32,000 nucleotides of DNA from Aliivibrio fischeri ES114 (GTDB lineage Bacteria; Pseudomonadota; Gammaproteobacteria; Enterobacterales; Vibrionaceae): NCBI RefSeq assembly GCF_000011805.1, contig NC_006841.2. The stretch is one strand, 5' to 3'. The position numbers and the translations under genes were made by a program. This document shows, in pieces, positions 24,944 to 32,000 of this stretch; positions within the stretch are counted from its first letter, which is position 1, and the number at the start of each line of letters is the position of its first letter. The notes beneath the pieces are model-generated. The model searched no databases. It saw only the letters and a program-made list of their open reading frames with translations, and was not told the origin of the DNA.

Positions 24944-26161
24944 ATGAAAAAATATATAACTATTTTATTATTCCCTATGTTTTTATTAATCTCTGGTTGT
25001 TCAGAACAAAAAAAACATTGTGATATTTTTAACGCAGACACCAGTCATATGTCAGAAATTTACAAACACTATTTATTAAAAAAACAGAAAATTGAGCCTC
25101 TATATGAATTAAGAGTCATCGAAATAGATGAAAAAGGATTATTTTTAGAACGCTATAAATTTAATGAATTGAAAAAATACATTAAACAAAAGACACAAAT
25201 AAAAGACACGTTAATTTATATTAAAATAAATGGATGGCAGCATGACACCAGTATTGATGAACTTAGTCTTAATAATTTTAAAAAGCAACTTAATAACATA
25301 AGTAACTACGTCTCAAAAAACAAAAGAGATGTCATTGGAATTTATGTGAAATTAAGAGAAGAAAAAACATCCATGTTTAGATATCTTACATTTTTTAATA
25401 AAAAAAAATCTATCCATCAAGTTTCTAATGGAAATATCATAGAAATATGGAATTTTCTCAAAAAGATAAAAGATAACAGCGTTTCAGATACAAAAATAGT
25501 AACAGTAGGCCATAGCTTTGGAGCAGATATAATATTTAATTTAATGAATATTGACAATAGAGCAGAGTCAAATGAAAATCATAAATATAAAAAAAACTTA
25601 TCAGGTATAGGTAACCTGATACTATTAATCAACCCAACATTTGATGCATTAAAATATGTTGAATTTAGAAAAAGCAATAATAACAAAGAACCTTCAAGTA
25701 AAAACAATCCTATTATATCTATTTTTACATCAGAATCTGACTGGATAACTAAATATGTGCTTCCAGCAGAACGTATCATTAGTAATCTATTTAAGCAACA
25801 TAATTACATGGAGGCGACAATAGGAGAAAACAAAGTATTAATCAATAAAAAAATAGCACAAATAACAAGCATTGGGCATTTTAAACCTTTTATTACCCAT
25901 AGACTTGAAATGACAAACAAAAGTATCAGTTCAACACAATATAATAAACTAATAAAAAATTTAAAATCTGATTTGGTCAATGGAATAAATCCACTTAATT
26001 TCGACAAAACCATATTAGTAAGAAATCCAATAATAAAAGCTAACACCCCTTACTTAGTTGTTCAAGTCGATAAAACTTTGATACCAGACCATAGCAACAT
26101 TTTTGGTAAAGAAATTGAAACATTTTTTCATGACTTTTTATTGCTTTCTATCAATGAATAA
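24944..26161 (+). CDS. Lipoprotein alpha/beta-hydrolase (putative esterase/lipase, Ser-Asp-His)
   Basis: Lipobox LLISGC (Cys19) with Ser at +2. The nucleophile elbow is VTVGHSFGADI (Ser191, codon 25514..25516). The candidate acid is SESDW (D266) and the candidate His is PDHSN (H383). The gene starts 11 bp after the MltF-like gene. Confidence 0.75.
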   Translation: MKKYITILLFPMFLLISGCSEQKKHCDIFNADTSHMSEIYKHYLLKKQKIEPLYELRVIEIDEKGLFLERYKFNELKKYIKQKTQIKDTLIYIKINGWQHDTSIDELSLNNFKKQLNNISNYVSKNKRDVIGIYVKLREEKTSMFRYLTFFNKKKSIHQVSNGNIIEIWNFLKKIKDNSVSDTKIVTVGHSFGADIIFNLMNIDNRAESNENHKYKKNLSGIGNLILLINPTFDALKYVEFRKSNNNKEPSSKNNPIISIFTSESDWITKYVLPAERIISNLFKQHNYMEATIGENKVLINKKIAQITSIGHFKPFITHRLEMTNKSISSTQYNKLIKNLKSDLVNGINPLNFDKTILVRNPIIKANTPYLVVQVDKTLIPDHSNIFGKEIETFFHDFLLLSINE

Positions 26162-26190
26162 ATCCAAACAAAAAAAGTTGTATTATGAAT

Positions 26191-26218
26191 AAAAAGGCAC
26201 TCAATAAAGTGCCTTTTT
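26191..26218. terminator. Bidirectional rho-independent terminator at the right edge of the islet
   Basis: aaaaaggcac (26191-26200) pairs with gtgccttttt (26209-26218) across an 8-nt loop. A- and T-runs on both sides serve the convergent genes. Confidence 0.8.
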
Positions 26219-26234
26219 ATTAACCTATTTTCAA

Positions 26235-26822
26235 TTAGAAATGATCAAAATAAATATGCTGTGCTTGCCACTCTACTTTTTCAACATTATCAAACAAAAG
26301 ATATTTGGCTACGGTAAAGGCAAATTCAAAGCTCACTCCAAGACCTTTACCACTGATGAATTTTCCATCAACAACCACTTTCTTATCTTGGAAACAACCA
26401 TCAGTAAATTTCTTTTCCAGTCCACCACCAGTTGTATAGTTTCGTCCATTAAGAAGGTGATTAGCGGCTAATACCTTAGCTCCAGATGAACATAACGCAC
26501 ATATGTATTTATCTTTCTCTATGTGGCACTTTAGAAAATCGATCACCATCGAATTTGCAGATAAGTTATCTGTTCCTTTAGGCCCTCCAGGCATCATGAC
26601 TGCGTCATAGAGAACATCTTTTTTGTCTTTTAGCGTATAATCTGCAGATATTCTTGTTTCAAAATAGGTTTCTAACGCCGTTGTTTCCATGCAAGATAAA
26701 ACATCAACCTTAATGTCTAAGCGACGCATTATATCGATAAAAACAACCGCTTCTCCCTCTTCAAAACCATCTGCAAGCAATACCGCAACGTGCTTTGTCA
26801 CTTGATTATTTTCCATCGTCAT
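26235..26822 (-). CDS. DJ-1/PfpI (ThiJ/YajL-like) family protein
   Basis: VAVLLADGFEEGEAV, MMPGGPKG and the nucleophile-elbow Cys in ICALCSSGAKVLA are present. The gene overlaps the eda stop by 11-17 bp. Confidence 0.85.
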   Translation of the reverse strand: MTMENNQVTKHVAVLLADGFEEGEAVVFIDIMRRLDIKVDVLSCMETTALETYFETRISADYTLKDKKDVLYDAVMMPGGPKGTDNLSANSMVIDFLKCHIEKDKYICALCSSGAKVLAANHLLNGRNYTTGGGLEKKFTDGCFQDKKVVVDGKFISGKGLGVSFEFAFTVAKYLLFDNVEKVEWQAQHIYFDHF

Positions 26823-27456
26823 TACCCACCACTAAAGAACAAGTTTCACGTACATTTTTAGCAATAATGTCCCAATCATGATTCCGAATCGCTTCAGTTG
26901 GAGCTATCCATGTTCCTCCACAAGCAATCACTTGGGGAATGGCTAAGTAACTAAGTAGATTATTTGGATTCACTCCCCCTGTAGGCATGAGCTGAATATT
27001 TCCATAAGGCCCCGTTAATGACTTCAGCATATTCAAACCGCCTGAAGCTTCTGCTGGGAAAAACTTTAATGCAGATAATCCCATCTCTAATGCTTGTTCT
27101 ACCAAGCTTGGATTATTAACCCCCGGAATGATTTTGATATCGTTATCTAAACAATACTGAACGGTATTTGGATTAAAACCTGGACTAACCACAAAATCAG
27201 CTCCAGCTTCTGTTGCCAGCTGCGCTTGTTCTTTGGTTAATACGGTTCCTGCACATAACACAATATCTGGATACGCTTGACGAATACGACGAATTGACTC
27301 TTCTGCCGCTTCAGTTCTAAAGGTAATTTCAGCCGCAGGTAATCCATTTTCAACTAACGCTTTGGCTAACGGCACTGCATCTTCTGCGTTCTCAATTTGA
27401 ATCACAGGCATAACACGAAGTGCTCTTAACGTTTCTATCCATAAATTATTTTTCAT
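26806..27456 (-). CDS. eda: 2-dehydro-3-deoxyphosphogluconate (KDPG) / KHG aldolase
   Basis: VMPVIQIENAEDAVPLAKAL, EITFRT and the Schiff-base Lys block LKFFPAEASGG are present. The protein is 216 aa. Confidence 0.9.
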   Translation of the reverse strand: MKNNLWIETLRALRVMPVIQIENAEDAVPLAKALVENGLPAAEITFRTEAAEESIRRIRQAYPDIVLCAGTVLTKEQAQLATEAGADFVVSPGFNPNTVQYCLDNDIKIIPGVNNPSLVEQALEMGLSALKFFPAEASGGLNMLKSLTGPYGNIQLMPTGGVNPNNLLSYLAIPQVIACGGTWIAPTEAIRNHDWDIIAKNVRETCSLVVGNDDGK

Positions 27457-28408
27457 TAATCTGTCCCATATCGGTAATTAGTGTTTGTAAGTAATCCATC
27501 GGAATAATGGCGCCTTTGTGCTGAATGACTTGAGAAGCAAGGCGATTACCCCAAGCACAACTTTCTGCCATGGACGCACCTTGACTGTATGCCGCAATAT
27601 AAGCTGCATTAAATGAATCCCCAGCCGCTGTCGTATCAACAAGCTTATCGACTGACTCCCCATCAACATAGCCGGATTTTCCCTCAAGAGTTGACCACAT
27701 CGCACCTTTAGCGCCGAGCTTCACGACCACATGCCCCACCCCTAGTGCATGCAGTCGATCCGCGACTTCTTTTTCTGGCATATTCGGTTTATCAAGGAGT
27801 AACTCTTCATCATCTCCTGTCACTAAAGCCATATCACTTAATCGGTATAAATTATCTAACCAAAACTTTGCATCCAGATTATTTTTCCATAATCTTGGAC
27901 GATAATTAGAATCCGTAATAATCGTTGCGCCATGTTTTTTTAATGTCGCTAATACGTCGAATAAAATTTCACGATCATGAGTCGGTAAAATAGCCAATGA
28001 AATACCAGATAAATAGATAATGTCTGCATCCATAATTTTGGCGATATTAGGCACAAATAAAAGGTGCTGACACATATACTTTGCAGCTGAATTGTCTCGC
28101 CAATAATGAAAACTACGTTCGCCTTTATCATCAATATTTATACTATATAGACCGGGTAGGCGCTCTTGGTCTCGCAATACCAGCGAACAATCTATATTTT
28201 CTTTCTCCCACGCTTTTAGCATCAAGGAACTGTACTGATCTTGACCTAACGCCGTTAGATAATAAGGGGAAACATGTGGAAGTAAGCGAGAGAGGTAAAC
28301 CGCAGTATTAAGCGTATCACCACCAAAAGATTGAGTTTGTGTAGAGAAAGCATTCCCACTAAGTTCAATCATACATTCACCAATAATGGTAATTTTCGTC
28401 TTTTTCAT
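27446..28408 (-). CDS. kdgK: 2-dehydro-3-deoxygluconokinase (PfkB family)
   Basis: PfkB signatures GGDTLNTAVY and DTTAAGDSFNAAY are present. The start at 28408 (MKKTKITIIGECM) is preferred, because the ORF-track extension to 28432 runs into the terminator hairpin. Confidence 0.85.
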   Translation of the reverse strand: MKKTKITIIGECMIELSGNAFSTQTQSFGGDTLNTAVYLSRLLPHVSPYYLTALGQDQYSSLMLKAWEKENIDCSLVLRDQERLPGLYSINIDDKGERSFHYWRDNSAAKYMCQHLLFVPNIAKIMDADIIYLSGISLAILPTHDREILFDVLATLKKHGATIITDSNYRPRLWKNNLDAKFWLDNLYRLSDMALVTGDDEELLLDKPNMPEKEVADRLHALGVGHVVVKLGAKGAMWSTLEGKSGYVDGESVDKLVDTTAAGDSFNAAYIAAYSQGASMAESCAWGNRLASQVIQHKGAIIPMDYLQTLITDMGQINEK

Positions 28409-28418
28409 ACAATAACCT

Positions 28419-28468
28419 AAAAAAAGCCGCATTGATTCAATTAGAGGGTTTGATTAAATCAATGCGGC
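28419..28468 (-). terminator. Hairpin plus T7 run between the aldolase gene and kdgK
   Basis: Perfect 12-bp stem: gccgcattgatt (28426-28437) pairs with aatcaatgcggc (28457-28468). The minus-strand T-run corresponds to plus-strand A7 at 28419-28425, only 10 nt before the kdgK ATG. Confidence 0.65.
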
Positions 28469-28504
28469 AAAACCATATAAGGCTAAAATGGAACAAAACT
28501 CGTA

Positions 28505-29371
<867 letters not shown>

Positions 29372-29554
29372 TCAAATTCTTCGTTTACTTTCGCTATTAT
29401 ATTATTCGAAAGAAAACATAAATAAGATGAGCAAGATCACAGAACAAAAAATCAACGAAAGCAAATGAAAGCATTTTAATAAGATTAAATCCCATAACAT
29501 GCCCAAAATTAACTTTCGAAACCTTTCATTGTTTGTTTTATTAATCATTATGCA

Positions 29555-29590
29555 TAAAAAAGCCCAAACAGCAGCCATGCTATTTGGGCT
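29555..29590 (-). terminator. Rho-independent terminator after the molybdoenzyme gene
   Basis: agcccaaa (29561-29568) pairs with tttgggct (29583-29590). The minus-strand T-run corresponds to plus-strand A-run 29555-29560. Confidence 0.8.
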
Positions 29591-29615
29591 TAAATAAAAC
29601 GAGAAATTATTTACA

Positions 29616-32000
29616 TTACTGCGCGTCTTTAGCGTTAGCTTCAAGAAATGCCATTACCTCTTCTCGCTCTAATGGGTTTAACCCGGCACGAGGGAACATA
29701 CTTTTGGTAATACCATGCCATTGCGATTTAGTGTACTGCTTCGGATCTTTTGCAGAATGACACATAGTACAACGTTGATAAAACAGAGCTTCACCAACAC
29801 TCTGTTTGGTTTCACTCGAACTTGTATTTGCTTCACCAAGGGTGGTATTCACTTTATCGACACGAATATCACTGTCTACCGTCACCGTTCTTGGAGGTTC
29901 AAAGGCCAAGTTAGATGACTCAGGATCACGACAACGCTGAATATAAGCTAAGCAGGTATTGGCACTGTTTGCCTGACTTAAATCACTGCATGCTTGGCTT
30001 GATGTTAATACATTAATAGAACCACTATTGCATCGCCCTTGACTATCAAATTGCAGCCAAGCTCCCTCTTCTAAACTAATGACTCCGGGCATGATCTGAT
30101 CAGATACTTTTGCACCCGCAATAACACGTCCTCGCTCATTGTAGATTTCCACTAACTGCCCTGAACGAATACCGTGTTTTTGTGCATCCATGTCATTAAT
30201 CAGTACATACTGACGTCCTTGAACACTTTCATATTTACGAACCTCTGTATTTGCCAGCTGGGAGTGTAATCGCATGTAAGGATGAGGGCTCACAACATGA
30301 ACTTGGTTTGGTTTTGCGTTTCCTAAATATTCAAACGGTTCTAAAAATGTTGGCATTGGTGGACAATTTTTCACATCAAAATTTGCAATATCTTGGCAGT
30401 AAAGCTCTATTTTTCCTGATGTGGTATGCAAAGGATGCTTATCTGGATCTTGATAAAAATCACCATGTCTTACCCACTGATTTGCCTCTTGAGGTACAGG
30501 TAATAAAGCGACTCCATTTTTCCAAAACTCATCAAATGATAAGGTTGCTGATGAGGCGTGATAAGCACGTTTCAAAATATCATCAAACGCTAAACCATCT
30601 GTAAATTTCTCTTCAACATTGAATATCTCGGCTAATTTACGAAAGATTTCGAAATCATCAAGACTTTCACCGTAAGGCTTAATGACCTGACGCATAGCAT
30701 AAATTTTATCGTTACTGTACGTACCACCAGAAGAAAGATCATTACGCTCTAACGTACTGGTTGCAGGCAATACAATATCGGCATATCGAGAAGAAGCACA
30801 CCACCATGGGTCTTGGCAGACAAACGTTTCAACCTTTTCATTAAGTGCATTAATAAGTTCATTCGTATCTTGCTGATGAGAAAGAAGATTATTGCCTGCG
30901 TTATACACCATTTTGATATCAGGGTACGTGTATTCAATACCATCTCTAGTAAAGCTTTTTCCTGGATTCATCAGCATTTCAGAAATACGAGATGCAGGAC
31001 AAATCGCACTCACTGGATTTTTACCTTGAGATAAGCCAATAGGAAGTGTTTTCCCTGATTGTGGCATACCACCATTACCATAATGCCAACTAAAGCCAAC
31101 CCCTTCTCCCGGCTTACCAATTTTGCCTAGCATAGCTGCAAAATTAATGATCGCCCAATGGATCATCTCACCATGATCGGCTCTTTGTAATGACCAACCC
31201 GCCGCAAATTGGGTTTTACTGGTTGCGAATCGAATGGCCATTTTTTGAATATCCTCAGCAGGAATACCCGTGATCTTTGCAGCCCATTCTGGTGATTTTA
31301 CGATGCCATCATTTTTTCCCATTAAATGGTCGATGTATTTGTCAGCCCCTACGGTATAACGAGCCAAATAAGCGGTATCATGAAGATCGTTAACATAAAC
31401 ATGCTGTGCCATGGCTAAAAATAAAGCGGTATCTGTATTTGGAACAATTTTCACCCACTCCGCATCCAATTCATCATCGGTACGGGTCTGTTGTGGGTTA
31501 ATTGAAATAAACTGAATGCCATTTTCAGCAAACTGCTTCCAATGAGAATACATTTGATGATCCGCAACACGAAATTCAATGCGGTTGTTTTTCCAAGGAT
31601 CACAGCCTATCAGAACAAAGATTTCTGTGTTCTCTTGAATTACAGGCCATGCGGTTTGTGGTGAGTATACTTCCATATCACCAATAACATGAGGAAGAAT
31701 AACTTGTGAGGCACCACCAGAATAATCACCCGTCGTCGTACTCTGTCCACCAATTAGATTGAAAAAACGCCCTTGTAATACTTGAGGACGCATTAAACCA
31801 GCATGCGACCATCCACCATAAGAACTACTGAAAATAGCTTCATTCCCATGTTCTGTTGCAGTAGTTTGAATTGCATCAGCAACCAAAGATAAAGCGGTAT
31901 CCCAGCTAACTCGCACAAAAGGTTCTTTACCACGCAAGTGCGGTTTCGTATCCCCTTTTGGATCGGCTAAATAGGAAGCCCTTACCATCGGGTATTTAAC
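29616..32000 (-). CDS. TorA/TorZ/BisC-family molybdopterin (bis-MGD) S-/N-oxide reductase with a C-terminal CxxCH domain; 5' end outside the window
   Basis: The frame stays open upstream of the ORF-track ATG: 32000..31989 reads VKYP, then MVRASYL, matching the family block (I/V)(R/K)YPMVR. It is collinear with S-/N-oxide reductases through ...NTCLAYIQRC. A linker of about 50 aa follows, then FYQRCTMCHSAKDP (CxxCH at 29757..29771). Confidence 0.9.
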   Translation of the reverse strand, partial: VKYPMVRASYLADPKGDTKPHLRGKEPFVRVSWDTALSLVADAIQTTATEHGNEAIFSSSYGGWSHAGLMRPQVLQGRFFNLIGGQSTTTGDYSGGASQVILPHVIGDMEVYSPQTAWPVIQENTEIFVLIGCDPWKNNRIEFRVADHQMYSHWKQFAENGIQFISINPQQTRTDDELDAEWVKIVPNTDTALFLAMAQHVYVNDLHDTAYLARYTVGADKYIDHLMGKNDGIVKSPEWAAKITGIPAEDIQKMAIRFATSKTQFAAGWSLQRADHGEMIHWAIINFAAMLGKIGKPGEGVGFSWHYGNGGMPQSGKTLPIGLSQGKNPVSAICPASRISEMLMNPGKSFTRDGIEYTYPDIKMVYNAGNNLLSHQQDTNELINALNEKVETFVCQDPWWCASSRYADIVLPATSTLERNDLSSGGTYSNDKIYAMRQVIKPYGESLDDFEIFRKLAEIFNVEEKFTDGLAFDDILKRAYHASSATLSFDEFWKNGVALLPVPQEANQWVRHGDFYQDPDKHPLHTTSGKIELYCQDIANFDVKNCPPMPTFLEPFEYLGNAKPNQVHVVSPHPYMRLHSQLANTEVRKYESVQGRQYVLINDMDAQKHGIRSGQLVEIYNERGRVIAGAKVSDQIMPGVISLEEGAWLQFDSQGRCNSGSINVLTSSQACSDLSQANSANTCLAYIQRCRDPESSNLAFEPPRTVTVDSDIRVDKVNTTLGEANTSSSETKQSVGEALFYQRCTMCHSAKDPKQYTKSQWHGITKSMFPRAGLNPLEREEVMAFLEANAKDAQ

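Larger units (their letters stand above)
20981..26190. other. AT-rich accessory islet (six genes; no integrase or att site recognised)
   Basis: G+C drops visibly relative to both flanks in hand counts of sample lines. A bidirectional terminator sits at the right edge. Gene content is unrelated to the flanking metabolism. Confidence 0.6.

Noticed and set aside
20981-26190. Interpreting the islet as a prophage or integrative element
   Set aside because: The Mor-like regulator and a lytic transglycosylase are phage-flavoured. However, I can see no integrase, transposase, terminase, capsid or tail genes, no tRNA target and no flanking direct repeats. At most it is a remnant, so I kept this as one hypothesis only.
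29402-29644. 80-aa minus-strand ORF in the aldolase-molybdoenzyme spacer
   Set aside because: It spans the terminator hairpin (29555-29590), overlaps the 3' end of the molybdoenzyme gene and has a hydrophobic low-complexity composition with no SD. It is most likely a chance ORF in AT-rich intergenic DNA.

Overview
The window looks like a chromosomal segment from an AT-rich gamma-proteobacterium. Gene content suggests Vibrionaceae (Aliivibrio, Vibrio or Photobacterium type), but that is inference only. I can support about 30 protein-coding genes and no rRNA, tRNA, CRISPR array, integrase or transposase.

Most of the window is ordinary metabolism and transport:
- an orphan YjjI/YjjW glycyl-radical enzyme pair
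- a Mn2+ (yybP-ykoY) riboswitch in front of a UPF0016/MneA-type exporter
- nfsA-like and sdaA genes
- a nupC-deoD-guanine deaminase nucleoside catabolic cluster
- a cobalamin-riboswitch-controlled BtuFCD-like ABC importer, divergent from a PduO-type adenosyltransferase
- a membrane GGDEF protein
- an MFS/LysR pair
- a kbaY-like aldolase followed by kdgK-eda-DJ-1
- a 5'-truncated TorA/BisC-family molybdoenzyme with a C-terminal CxxCH (c-type haem) extension

The part that stands out is an AT-rich islet at about 20981-26190. It holds a phage Mu Mor-like activator. It also holds a minus-strand operon of two paralogous unknown-function proteins plus a 90-aa protein. From memory the paralogues resemble DUF2589, and the longer one carries a pore-former-like amphipathic beta-hairpin and a coiled-coil tail. 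Diverging from that operon is a pair encoding a second, membrane-anchored MltF-like lytic transglycosylase and a lipoprotein Ser-Asp-His hydrolase. I do not recognise this combination as any named system, and I flag it as the best candidate for an undescribed envelope-acting module (defence, release or lysis).

All family assignments come from motif recognition by eye. No searches were run.
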